Assembly (NCBI RefSeq): GCF_024521635.1
Contig: NW_026250428.1
Span: 496,001 to 543,749 of the forward strand
Origin: Tricharina praecox
Taxonomy: Eukaryota
Length of the DNA stretch: 47,749 nt
Direction of reading: 5' to 3'
Positions 1-11,906 of this stretch are shown piece by piece. Positions within the stretch are counted from its first letter, which is position 1. The number at the start of each line of letters is the position of its first letter. The notes beneath the pieces are model-generated. The model ran no database searches. It saw only the letters and a program-made list of their open reading frames with translations, and was not told where the DNA came from. Both the position numbers and the translations under genes were made by a program.

Positions 1-2158
1 GTTGCATGCAACTTCTCGGCTGGCAGCTTCACCACATGTTTCTTGCTCGTGTGTGGCGCTCCTCGCTGCTGTACCATCAGCCTTCAGGCCATGGAACCTG
101 GGTCATGGTGGATGGCTACTGTATGTACACTACTACAGACACTATACACTTCACAGAAAAGACTGCACTGCAATAATCTTGCTGGTTTTATGCGGAGAGT
201 TTCAGGAACTGGTAAAATCTTCCGTTTGTGCTTTGAAGGTATGCATGCCTTGTACATGAGTATGCAGGTAGAGTATCTCCTCTTCCATAATTTCCGCTTG
301 TTAACGGTCTCCCTTCTCGGCTCTCATACGATTCTCGTCTTCGTCGTGATCCCATGTTTCTGGAGCTTGGATTCGTCCTCGTCCTGTTTCCCGTTCCCAT
401 TCGCCCATATATTCCTCTCAGTGGCCCGTTTCTCAGCGAACTTCTTTCTTTCGGGCTTCAGCTCCATCCACGCAGTGCAAACTCCACTTTACCCCCAGCC
501 TTGAGCATCTAAAACATCTTCAGCTTTTCGATGTGTCCACATACGCAACAGCAATCTCTCCCGCTCAGCTACTCACAGATGGATCACATATGCACGTACT
601 CCACGTGGGCTGGACGCGCGGGTTAGGGTTCTAGGATAATCCGCCACCGGCGGGTATGTGGTGTACTCTACGGCTGCGTACATGACTAAGCTCAGCTCAG
701 CTGAAGGTTGAGCCTAGCGACTCAGGCTCAAGTCAAGGAGAACCCCTCCTTGTTGGAACTAGATCGGCCACCAGCCGCAAGAGCTTCCGAGCCTGACGCA
801 CCCAACTGAGCACAACTTCCCCACCTTCACACACACCTCACTTCCACAACTCACACCTCACTTCGAAGCTGGCCCGGCCTTCCTCCCTCCATTCCTCTTC
901 ACCATTCACCGTCCACAGCACTCCAGCACTCCAGCGAATACCTCAATAGCCATCTCCTCCGCCCCCCCTAGCTGTGCTTCTACGGCTCGTCTCACCGCTC
1001 CCCTCTGTCGACTTCGCTTCCCGTTCCCCTCCGCCCCTCTCCTGCGAAATCGCAACCCATTACCCCTCCTCCCGGATTATATAGCAGAAACGAAACAGGT
1101 CTCCTCACTCTACGGTGTTGAGGTTCCCACATTCAAGTCATCGATTATTAACAAAGCCGGTGCTTGTCTCTTTCAGCCGTGCCTCGTCCACATCGTCCGT
1201 TCCGTTCCTCGTCCGCCCGTTGGTTCGCATAATCGTCCGTTCTTCGTTCGTCGCTCGCCCTCCGCGTGAACCACTTTACTCTACGCTACAAGACACGCCT
1301 GTGTCTCCTTCGTGACTTCTCCTATTCCACTCTTCAGCCTCCTCATCCTCCTGCGAACGGTCGTCCTTCTGACCGATTCCCGTCTTCTCCCGCGCCTCCC
1401 CCCACCCCGCGTCTTCCTCCCGTTCCCCCCCACTCCGCCCCGCCCCGCCTCACCCCGCCTCGCCCTAGCTCCACTACTACTTGTACGTGTCGGCGTCTTC
1501 GGACCTCCCCATCGGCTCCTCCAAACAAATCATCTACGACCTGAATCCAAGGCAGCCATCCTTTCCCTACGGATAAAGCCAACAGAAACCCTACTTGCCT
1601 CCCCCCCTCAAACAAACAAACAAAACTAAAAAACTAAAAACCTCTCGAATTAAAACCCAAAAACGTAGGTTAGAGAAGACCTATCTATCTTCTTCTGCCT
1701 CGAGTACTTTTTGCTTAGCTCACAGCTTCAACTCCAGCCCTTCTTCCTCTTCCTCTTCTGCATCGCGAAGCCGATAGTCGAACTCGAGGAAAACGGGCAA
1801 AAGCTGCAAGACAGAGCTACCTAAGCGAGCTTCGGAGCTTCGATATATAGCTCACGAAGAAAGAAAGAAAGCATATCGGAGTCATAATCTGTATTTGAAT
1901 TCAAAGACAAAAGTTCTCCTCTCCCTGACTTTTCCTCCCTTCTCCCCCTTGGCCTAGCCCTCCCTGGCCTTCCCTGGCTCTCCCTGGCTCTTTTCTCTGA
2001 TTCTCGAGATATTCCACCAGCCTAGCAAATCGCCTTCTGGCTTTCTCGCTTCAGTTCCGTTCCTCTACCCTCTCCACTGCCTTGTCGTGTTCTGTTTTGT
2101 CCTCTTCTTTACCTTCTTCCAGAGTTTTTTCTTGTCTTTTGTGCTCACAACTCGAGCC

Positions 2159-2222
2159 GTATGCAGAGATTCAACCTTTAAACTCACCGCCTCTCTGCGC
2201 CACTACCCCACCACTACCTTAG
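2159..2222 (+). other. Putative 5'-UTR intron of the 759-aa gene
   Basis: GTATGC donor at 2159, AACTCAC branch-like site near 2181, ends CCTTAG at 2222. It would remove the only ATG (2161) found between 685 and 2314. Confidence 0.45.
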
Positions 2223-2314
2223 CACCAACACGTCACCCCTCGCCCCCCATCCTCGATACGGCACAACAACCTCTCTCTATTGCTGTACCTCCAAGAAAAA
2301 GAAGTTGATTCGAG

Positions 2315-4594
2315 ATGCCTGGTCACTCCGAGGAGAGTGGCATGGGCGACAGCGGCTACGAGATCCTCACGGACTCAACAATACTCACGGACGAAGAAGA
2401 CGAAGCTTCCTCTGTAGCTTCCATCGATGACGACGACTTGCTTGGAAGTGGCGACTCCGGCTCGATGGTGGACAGTATAGCTTCGCTTTTTGACCGTCCA
2501 GAAGAGGAAGAAGAAGGCCACGACCCGGATCCGATTCCTACGTTCGGCGGACTCGACGACCAACACCTCAACGGCAGTGCCATCACGGCAAGGAACAGGA
2601 GCGGCAGCTGTACGCCGGATGAGGAGATCGTTTTCGACGAGCCCGTGGATTTCGAGGGTGACTACATTGCGGTCTCGCAGAGGCTCACGAGCTTCAGTGA
2701 GCTAGAGACGGTGGAGATATGGAAACGATTGGGGAAGGACAACACCCCGGCACCGCCGCTCTACTCCACCATCCGCCAATGCATGAGCAGGGAGCTCCTC
2801 GAGGCAGACGAGCCTTTCCGTGTTCTATATATCGGCTCGCTGGCGGCCAAGGAAGAAATTCAACACAAGCTGGCGGCTGCCCTGGCTGCTGCCATCTCGG
2901 AGTCCGCAAGCTCGTCGGGATCGTGGGACGGAGTCAAGTCCCCGCGGTTCAACATCGTGCCCATTACGTCTTTCGGCTCGAGGAGCAATACGCCGGAGGT
3001 GGAGCTTGTCAACAGCACCGGCTTGGATATGACCTTCGATGTGTGCTCTATCGCCAAGGCCACGAAGAATCAGGGCCAGCCTGACACTCTGTCGTTGTGG
3101 CTGAACGGAAACCAGAACATCACGTCGGTCTATGGTGGGAATGGCGCTCAGCTGGAGAGTGCAGGATGGAAGCTGCCTCACCTGGCTGTCATCTACTGCT
3201 CGGACGACGACAATACCCAGCGTCGGATGACGAGACTTCACGCGCGGATGTTCATGGCCAGACACGCAGTAGCCACGCTGTTGATCACCCAGAACCCGCC
3301 GTTCCACAATGCGACGGAGAATTTCTCGCTGGATCCTCGAAGCATCCATCTGTGCATTCAATCGGATGCGCCGGGAGAAGGCGGCGATGACGATGTCAAG
3401 CGATCGATCATCCACAAGACGCTGCCGATCGACCTCTCAACGTTCCTCAACCTTAACCTTCGCCAGCTGAACCGAAGCCTGGGATGCATCACCGGACTGT
3501 CTTTCACCAACCACAACCAGCAGGACGTAGGTTCTCAGATGCTGCGGAGACGGTCATCAAGGGGAGCTGAATCAGCGACCACGAGTGTGTTGTTGCGGGA
3601 TGTGGAGAAGGCACCGCAGGACTCGGAGAGGTTCGGCGGCCGAGGTCACGGGAGCTTGCAGTGGATTCGAAAGATGGGCACTCATGAGCTGTGGAAGATG
3701 ATGCTCGTGGGCTGGATGGTCTTCTGCGGTATTGCCGGAGGGATTTTTGGGGTCGCGTACATGAAGGTGGCCGACTACACTACGGACGAGGTTTCCGTGC
3801 TGCCGGCAACACCGACCATGATTTCCGTTACCACTTCGACCATCGCACTTCAGCACACTTCTACGACTTCAGCTGTCTCGTTGGCTCGTGCACCTGTTAC
3901 CGTGTCTTCGGCAGCCACCGTGATAAGCGTGTCCGTTGCTCCGACCGTTGACTTCAGGAGCCAGTCCCTGATGGCTTTCAACTCCTCCGACCGGTTCCAA
4001 ATCGACATGATGGGCCACAACCACATCGTCGTCCGACCGCCGCAGAAGTATCTCTTGCTGCGCCGACCACCGCCACTCTTCGTGCGAGTGACCCGCAATT
4101 CGGACAACATCGACGCCTCGCTCTCGCAGCTCACCGACGGCTCATACACGCTCAACATTGACGAAGACGATGCGTGGGGCGTGCTCAAGGTGTCGCTGTG
4201 GACCAAGTCCAAGCCGATCGTCAAGGAGGATCTCGAGGTTGACTTCGGCACGCCATGGATGAAGATGTCGCGGTGGGTGAAGGCCGTGGAGGAGCGACGG
4301 GCTGAGCTGCAGCTGCTCCTTGACCAGGCCGCCATCGAGGCAAAGGAGATCGCTACCGACTTCTCGCAGACGGCCGGCCACCAGGCCGCCGAAATGGGCT
4401 CTGTCGTGCTGGCTAAGGCCAGGGAGTACTCCGACGACGTCTCCACCGGACTGGTGAAGCTCTACCAGGGCGCGAGGGCTTTGGCCACCAGGCTCGAGGC
4501 CGCCTCGTCCGAACACAGCGAAGTGTACGTGCGGAAAGCACAGGGCCAAGCGAAGGCTATCTGGACACGCCGCAGGAATGCCAATGAATTGTAG
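2315..4594 (+). CDS. Uncharacterised single-pass membrane protein, 759 aa, single coding exon
   Basis: Long uninterrupted ORF with coding-like codon usage. Acidic N-terminus, an alpha/beta-looking middle (EPFRVLYIGS...), one hydrophobic helix near aa 462-483 (MMLVGWMVFCGIAGGIFGVAYM), a Ser/Thr-rich linker, a beta-rich domain and a C-terminal coiled coil ending ANEL. Confidence 0.85.
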   Translation: MPGHSEESGMGDSGYEILTDSTILTDEEDEASSVASIDDDDLLGSGDSGSMVDSIASLFDRPEEEEEGHDPDPIPTFGGLDDQHLNGSAITARNRSGSCTPDEEIVFDEPVDFEGDYIAVSQRLTSFSELETVEIWKRLGKDNTPAPPLYSTIRQCMSRELLEADEPFRVLYIGSLAAKEEIQHKLAAALAAAISESASSSGSWDGVKSPRFNIVPITSFGSRSNTPEVELVNSTGLDMTFDVCSIAKATKNQGQPDTLSLWLNGNQNITSVYGGNGAQLESAGWKLPHLAVIYCSDDDNTQRRMTRLHARMFMARHAVATLLITQNPPFHNATENFSLDPRSIHLCIQSDAPGEGGDDDVKRSIIHKTLPIDLSTFLNLNLRQLNRSLGCITGLSFTNHNQQDVGSQMLRRRSSRGAESATTSVLLRDVEKAPQDSERFGGRGHGSLQWIRKMGTHELWKMMLVGWMVFCGIAGGIFGVAYMKVADYTTDEVSVLPATPTMISVTTSTIALQHTSTTSAVSLARAPVTVSSAATVISVSVAPTVDFRSQSLMAFNSSDRFQIDMMGHNHIVVRPPQKYLLLRRPPPLFVRVTRNSDNIDASLSQLTDGSYTLNIDEDDAWGVLKVSLWTKSKPIVKEDLEVDFGTPWMKMSRWVKAVEERRAELQLLLDQAAIEAKEIATDFSQTAGHQAAEMGSVVLAKAREYSDDVSTGLVKLYQGARALATRLEAASSEHSEVYVRKAQGQAKAIWTRRRNANEL

Positions 4595-5796
4595 GCGGGC
4601 TTGAAAGGTTTTTTTCCTCTCTCTTCTATCCATCCATCCATCCATCCACGTGTGTGTGGCATATACATCTCGTATTTTCTTTCTTTTATTGTTTGCTTGC
4701 TACTTACCCATTGGGGATCCCTACATACTCAATGTGTGTTCTCTCTCTCGGCTGACAAGTCCGTGTACGTGTTGTGCGCACGTTTGGTGATGCGGGTGGT
4801 GGTGGCTGCTGCTGCTGCTGTTCCTGCACAGTCTCATCATCACCATCATCATCATCCGCCCTGCCGGGAGTGAGCCTGGCCTGGTTCCTTTCTTTTTTTT
4901 TGCCCCCCTTTTCCGGTTTTCTTTTTTCCGGTTTTCTTTTGTTTTTTCTTTTGTTTTTTCTTTCTTTTCATCTTTTCTCCATCTTTTCTCCTTCTCTCAC
5001 CTCACTCATCCCTAGGTTTGCCGGAACCATCTTTGAGCGGAGAAACTTGGGCTGGGTCTTGAATTTTATATCCGTACTACTTTGTTCATACGGTCATACC
5101 ATCCATACCCGAGCCATCCCCTCATGCTTTCGCTTATCAGGTTCGATTCGATCGTCACGGGAAGAAGGGAAGGGAAGGGAATGGAAGGGAATGGAGGGTG
5201 AGGGAAGGGGAGGGGGATCTGTTTGGTTTACTTGTTAGGGCTGGATGGGATTGGGTTGGGTCTGGTTGGGTGGGAATTCGGTGGGTGGGTGGACGGATGG
5301 GTGGGCGTCTTTGTCTTTTTGTCTTTTTTGTCTTTTTTGTCTATGCAATGCTCTGCTCTGCTCTACTTTTTTTTCTGTTATAGCTGACTTCTCTTTGCAA
5401 TCTGTTTTTCGTCTTCTTTCTCCTCCTCGTCATTCTCCTCTTCTGCCCTCTCGTCTTAACTCTTCAGGTCTTGAAAGTGAGATTCCTGCCCTGCTTTGCA
5501 CGCATGGCATGCGGTGAGAGCGTGCGTATAGCGCTGTGGAGAGAGTTGTGCTCGAGTACCTACTTCCTATACTCACGGCGGAACTTGGAACATTGTGATT
5601 AGCATCTTTCTACCTACCGATTCTAGACTCTAGTGACTTGGAATAGAAGACCTGTCTCTGGTCATTAATATGTTTTGAATGTCTTTCTAGGATAGAATTG
5701 AATTGAAGTTGAATTGAAGTTGCATTGAAGGTGCCTTGCCATTTAGAGAAAGTGGGTGGAATTGACTGGGAACTGGCGGTGAGCGGGTAAAAGCCG

Positions 5797-5804
5797 CACG
5801 TGAC
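5797..5804 (-). promoter_or_regulatory. GTCACGTG E-box (Cbf1/bHLH-type site) upstream of TAF14
   Basis: CACGTGAC on the plus strand about 310 bp before the TAF14 ATG. Motif match only. Confidence 0.3.
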
Positions 5805-6111
5805 GCGAGCTTAGGACACGCCCCATTCACCACCATCACGGTTGTCCATCCCCACCCAACCCAACACCACCAACGCAGCCGAACCCAGCACCTCCACCAC
5901 CACCAGCACCACCACCACCACCCACGCGTATTGCAGCCCCCAATCGTAGTGCGAAGGATATCCACGTCGCGCTCCACCACCACCCACCACCTCGCACGAC
6001 CCTTCCACACCCACCCACCCACACACACACAACACATACGACCACCGCGGAATCCCACCACGCCGCCCACGACACTACACGAGCAACACAAGCAACACGA
6101 AAGCTGGAAAG

Positions 6112-7297
6112 ATGACGGAAGTATGCTATGCCATGCTGCGCGAGGGAGCAAGGGATGGATGCATGCCAGAGCGACAGGAGAACAAAGTCGGCTAATACTT
6201 CCCCACTCGGCGGTCGCGGCAGGTTATCAGAAAAGTCAAGCTCGTCACGCAGCAGGCGATTCTGTATGTTCCACCCCGTCTCGCGGCCTGTCCGAAAGCG
6301 TGTGGGGGAGGGCATGGCGCGAATGATTCCCGACGCGTTTCGCGGACGCTGGGCTGACACCGCAGCAGGACAGATGTGCCGGCGCAGGAAGGATTCCCGA
6401 TGCGCGAGTGGTCGATCCGGATGTTCCTGCTGGGGGCGAATGGCGAGGACCTCCCCGCGACGATATTCGACAAGGTGACGTACAAACTGCACCCGACGTT
6501 TACGAATCCGACGCGGGTGCTCAAGAAGCCGCCGTTCCTGCTGAGCGAGAAGGGCTGGGGCGAGTTCGATATGGACCTCATCCTCCATGCCATCGATAAG
6601 GGCGGCGAACACGTCATCCGCCACGACCTCAACTTTCATAAACCAAAATATGAGAGTATCCATGACATCGTGCGTGGACACCCTGTTCCGTGGGGGGAGG
6701 AGTGAATGGGGGAGGGAGGTGCGGTGTGAGGTGTGCGTGCCTGCTAAATGGATGTTAGATATTCGTCAATCCCCGCCCGAACCTGCTCAAGCAGCTGGCC
6801 AATTCCGGTCCCGTTCCGGGCGTCGAAGCCCATCCGGAGGAGGAGCCGCAGCGTCCCAACGGCGTTCCCAAGAGAGACAAGCGCAAGAATGAAGGCGAGG
6901 AACGTGCAAAGAAGAAGAGCCGTGCCGAGAAAGTGGTATGGTCTTATTTTCGTGCGCGCTGGCTGGCTGGTTGTATTACGCGTGGTGGTTGGTTGTGGCT
7001 GATGAGAGTTTTGCGCGGTTACCTAGTTCGACATGGAGAAGCTCGCCGATGCCCTCCAGCAGCTTCAGGAAGACGATCTGCTGAAGGTTGTGCAGATGGT
7101 ACATGAACACAAGACCACCGAGACTTACGTTAAGAACGATGTTGAGCGTACGGACCCGTTGTTCCTCCCGGTTATATGCTCCACGTCCATTGACATCAGA
7201 TGTAGAGGGAGAATTCCATGTCGATCTGTACACCCTTCCAGAACACCTCATCAAGATGCTATGGAAGTTTGTTCAAGACGCAGGTATCCAAGCATAG
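6112..7297 (+). CDS. TAF14: Transcription factor TFIID/TFIIF subunit Taf14 (YEATS + ET domain), ~246 aa, 6 exons
   Basis: Exons 6112-6120, 6223-6263, 6369-6669, 6759-6935, 7027-7147, 7206-7297 joined by GT-AG introns. They give MTEVIRKVKLVTQQ...GFPMREWSI...KVTYKLHPTF...PPFLLSEKGWGEFD (YEATS) and DMEKLADALQQLQEDDLLKVVQMV...GEFHVDLYTLP (ET domain). Confidence 0.93.
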
Positions 7298-8357
7298 TAG
7301 CCCCAATGGGGCTATCTATCTTCCCAATGTGTCCACCGTTTTTCTCGGGTTCCAGTGTCATCGTCACGCGCCCGAAGCAGTCAGTCAGAAATATGTGCCA
7401 CGATCATTTCATACCTTTGTTAACCCATATATGCTACCTATGATCGGAGAAGGGAGGGAGTGGTGAGGGGGAGAAGAACGGAGAAGGAAACGAAGGAAAA
7501 GAACAAACCGACCGTCGGTTTGATAGTGATACCTTGATCCCCAGTTTTTTTTGACCGTTACCGTTACCGTTGCCGCTATCTTTGTCTGTCTGTTTGCTTT
7601 TTCTTTTCTGAATCTACTTTTTTGGGTGCCCAAGTACTACTTTCTTGCAAGCATCGTCACTTGACTTTGTGCTTCTTCTCTACCTTTCTCGCTGCTGCTG
7701 CTGCTGCTGCTTCAGTTGCGCTTTTGCCATTTGTTCTCCCCGTCCCTTCTCGTCTCGTCCCGCCCGCCGCCCCGCCTCGCCTGCCCGTCTCGTCCGTCTC
7801 CCTCAACTTTTGCTAGGTATGTACTTACTTTGGTTTACGTGTATGTGCTTGTGTTTGTGTTGTGTTGTGTACTTCTGCCGGATTGTCCGAAATGTATGGT
7901 CTTCAAACTTCTTTTCAATGTTCTTTTTTTCTCCGCTGGCGTCCGTCCGTCCCTCCGTCCGTGATGTGGCTTTAGTGTCTGTCTGTCTTCTGTCGTCTAC
8001 ACACATACACACATGTCCGTGTCCTCGCAACTTTGGCTTTCCGTGATTCTGGACAGCAGATTGCGGGCATTGATAGGATCAACCAGCAGACACAGGTACT
8101 GGTAGCATAAATTATCTTTTTTGGTATCTACATACGGTACATACAGCCAACTCCTTGGGTAGGTAGTGGGGCATGCCCGCCCTCCCGCCAAAACTGAGAA
8201 ATTCTATCTCTCTGGATAGGCTCGACAAGACAGAAACGAGAGTATGCATGCCAGCCCAGCCCAGCCCAGCCAAAAACCGAAATTCCACGTGCATACCTGA
8301 TAGGCACAACATTAACCATCAACACAACACCACCGACCAAACCCAAAAACCCAGCCA

Positions 8358-9531
8358 CTATGACCACACAGTCCCGCCGACGCCATCGACCACGCCTCGC
8401 CTAACTTTCGCCGCTGCCGCAGCCGTCGTCGTCGCAGCCGCTGCCACCGTCGTCGTCGCCGTCGCCGGCGCGGGCGTGCTCCCACCTCCACCACTGTTCC
8501 CCCTGGTCACAAACACGATAGCGAGGATGATACCGATGAGCGCGACGATGCCAATAGCGATGAAGAGGCAGATCCACTTCTTCCGTCTGGCGCCCTTCGC
8601 GCTGACCACCGCGGTGCCGAGGTGTTTCTGCGCCTGCTCCACGTCGGTGGTGACATTCTCGGACTGGTGTTCTATATTGGCGACGACGGGGTCGGCGAGC
8701 AGCACCTGCTCGTTCATCTGCTCGAACAGCACCATGAGCTCCTCGAGCGTGCGCTCGATCCGTGCGATATCCTGCTGCCGCTCGCGCACGGCTTTTGCCA
8801 CGGAATTGGCCGACGCGCTCCGGTTGCTGCTCAAAAGCGCCTGCGAGAACACCTGCGTCTGCCCTGACTCCACCGCCTGCCCGATCTCCTCCTCGCTCGC
8901 GTCAGGGTGCACGATGCGGTACTGCCGCGCTAGCAGCTCGTTGTACCGCGTGCGGTACATCCGCTCGGTCTATATATACAGTCGGTCGGTCAGCATTCAT
9001 TCAGGCAGCAGCATCAGGCAGCAGCCGGTGGTAGCGAGTGTGTGGGTGTGTGTGGCATGAACGCACCTTCTCGAACTCGCGCAATCCGGCCTGCAGGTTA
9101 GCGCGCGCCTTGTCGACCTGGCCGTGCTTCGTGCGGCCCTGGTCGTAGTCGCCGTCGCGCTCTGTGAGGAGCATGTCGCGCTCCAGGCTCTTGAGGAAGT
9201 CCTTGAGGGCGCGGGCCTGCGCCGAGCACTCGGCGACGGCGGCCTCGAGCCGCGACGAGGCGTTGCCGCTGTAGCCGGTCGAGTCGGAGTCCGCGGTCGA
9301 TTGTAGCGCGGCATTGTGGAGTTGCCCGACTTGCTCGACGGATGAGGCGAACGTTGATAGCTGCGTGTTGAAGGCGGAGATCTCCGAGAGAAAGTTTGGC
9401 AGCTCCAGTGGTCCGACGTGTGCGCGCTGGCTGGGCAGCAGTGGGATCGAGGAGCCGTAGGGCTAGGTGTGGCTGGGTCAGTGGCTTGTGCGGGTATTGG
9501 GGAATGGCTGGGGAATAGGTACATTTGACAT
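8358..9531 (-). CDS. SSO1: Plasma-membrane-type syntaxin (Sso1/2-like Qa-SNARE), ~338 aa, 3 exons
   Basis: Exons 9531-9523, 9462-9067, 8969-8358. Habc helices, YRIVHPDASEEEI, SNARE motif VRERQQDIARIERTLEELMVLFEQM, then ARRKKWICLFIAIGIVALIGIILAIVFV TM anchor. Which paralog it is remains uncertain. Confidence 0.88.
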
Positions 9532-11419
9532 CTTGGAGTTGGTGGTGGGTTGGTTGGTCGGTTGGTCGGTGAGGAGGCGAGCGAGCGGGGAAGAAGGGGG
9601 GATTTAAGGGAACGGTGAGGCGGAGATGCAAGTGAGCTGGTTGGAAAAGCTTCCTGCAGCTGGCTGGCTGTACAAGGTGCGGCTGAGCTCGTGGTGGATT
9701 GTGTATGGACAGTCCCGTAAGCAGTGGCCGGGGATGCTATACGGCACTTTATCTACAGTCTCTATTCTACTTTACTCTACAGATGGAACAGAGGGCGGTG
9801 GTGTGTGGGCAGTACAGCTCGAGAGCTGCCGCCCCTCCCCTCCCCTCTCCTTCCCTTTTCTGGGGCCGAAAGCGGGGGTCAGACTTATCAATTCTGCACA
9901 ACGAAGCTCGTCCGGTCAGCTCTATGTAGGCAGTATGTATCTACATATGATACTATATAGTACTTTTGCTCGCTTGACTGTTGCGTTCACTATTCATTCT
10001 GCCCATGGACAGGATTGATCATTGGAGGCCTTGTTTCCCACCGCCCACCACCACCGCCGCCTTTCGTGTGGAGGGGTGCACCCCAATCTGTCCGCATGGG
10101 ACTAGGAACTTTGCGGCCGCCCTGGGTGGGTGAAGAATTAGTGGAGACTAACTAATGCGCGACTAGGTAGATCAGCTCCGGTGGGCTCGATGCAGAATCG
10201 ATCCCGTATTTTGGCCTCGACAGTGATACCGATATCTGCTCTGGCGATTGAGAGCAGCTCCAGTGAAGGAAATCCACAGAAGATTTTCCATTGGTAGACA
10301 GTTATTGACTGCTACTCCATAGAGTACTCGAGAGTCAAAAGCCATGCGGTCGAAAGGAGAGTACAGTACATATTTCAGCTCTACTTTTGTTGCAACTCGC
10401 CGGTGGGTGTTAAACTTCGCCACGCTAAATTCTTATCTTGTGCAGCATCCTCTTCTGCCGCTCCGAAGGCACCAACCCTTCCTCCGCTCCGCCACGCTCG
10501 TCTCGTCTCGACTCTCGCATCCTCTCCCTCAACCTTGTGATCACAGGGCGTCTTTCCGTTCAAACTTCAGTGCTGCTCGACCTACATACCCGTTCCCAAG
10601 GACGGTCCACCTGGGGTGAAGCAGTGAAAGCTCGTTAAGCCCGACATTGGAAACCTCGCGGAGCTGGGTTGTGCACTGCGTCGCGCCCAGGATTTGCCCG
10701 TCAAATGCTTACACCGCAGTTACAAGCTCGCCGTAATTTTGCATGGATCGCAGGTGACAATGGCTATTTATACACTCTAGTACGGACGCCGCGCTTCGAA
10801 GCTTTCGCTTACAAGTTACTCTAGAGTCTGTGGTCGAGTGCTCTGAAGCTTGAAAGATAATTGTTTTGCATCACTCGTTCGGTATGGCTTAAAATTCACA
10901 TCCCAATAGTACCCAAATCTTCAAGGCAAGTACACGATCGTGATTGAACTCAACAAAGTCTATTGCATCGCTCCTCACGGATTGAAGTCTCGCCGTGCGT
11001 CGTCTACGGATTGCACGTCGCGGTGGAAATCCTGCAGTTTCAATCGTGAAGCTAATTAGAGTGCCTACTGGCCAATGGCCGGCTCGTTTGCCAAGCCTGG
11101 AACGCCCGCCTAGCACTCATGAGTCATGACAAATCCAAACCTAAGCGCCACACTGTGGCTCGGCCCTGCCAGCGATCGGTGTCAGTCCGGATCCGGCCAA
11201 GCGGGGGATCACGGGATCTTCCGACGCCGAGCCTCCATCTCAGCGCGAATTCCGCACCCCACCGACGCCTTGCCACTCGCACCCCACCACCCCACCAGCA
11301 CCGCAGCAGCACCACCAGCACCAGCACTCCAACCCTCACCCTCACCGCTGACGCAGCCGCAGCAGCAGCACCGACGATACCAGACAGCAGACAATCCCAC
11401 AACCACACTCCACACCACG

Positions 11420-11906
11420 ATGCCCCCAGTATCCTCCGTCCCCTCCGCCGGCCGCCACGGCCACGCGCCCAGCACTTTCGACAAGAGTAACCCGCACCCC
11501 CGCCCCACCACCCCCGACAATGGTGCACCCCCACTAACGCGCACAGTGAAAATGGGCGCCATGATGGGCGGCACGGTCGGGCTATGCATGGGCTTCATCT
11601 TCGGAGGGTACACGATAATGAAGCAGGGCCCCGGTCCCAACGGCGTGATCCGCAGTCTGGGACAGTACATGATGGGCTCTGCGGCTACTTTCGGGTGTGT
11701 TCCAGTGGGCTGAGTGGATGTTGGGTATGGAAGGTGGAAAAAGGGCACGGCTGACTGACGGATGTGCGTCCGGCAGGTTCTTCATGTCCATCGGCTCTGC
11801 CATCAGGACCGAGGCGCCCTCAACGAGTATGCAGGCTTGGGCGAGCGCCAGGGCGGCGCCGATTCTGATGGCCGCGGCCGCCGCGGAGAAGAGGGAGAGG
11901 AATTGA
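11420..11906 (+). CDS. MGR2: Mgr2/Romo1 family TIM23 translocase subunit, ~114 aa, 3 exons
   Basis: Exons 11420-11486, 11547-11694, 11777-11906. Protein [27 protein letters not shown]...[31 protein letters not shown] carries the Romo1 family signature. Confidence 0.92.

Noticed and set aside
2..504. ORFs at the window start (85, 153 and 70 aa)
   Set aside because: No recognisable motif or codon bias; translations on both strands hit stops quickly.
621..630. GGTTAGGGTT telomere-like motif
   Set aside because: Under two units; expected by chance, not an interstitial telomere array.
5139..5150. GGTTCGATTC tRNA T-loop/B-box-like motif
   Set aside because: No cloverleaf stems or A-box around it.
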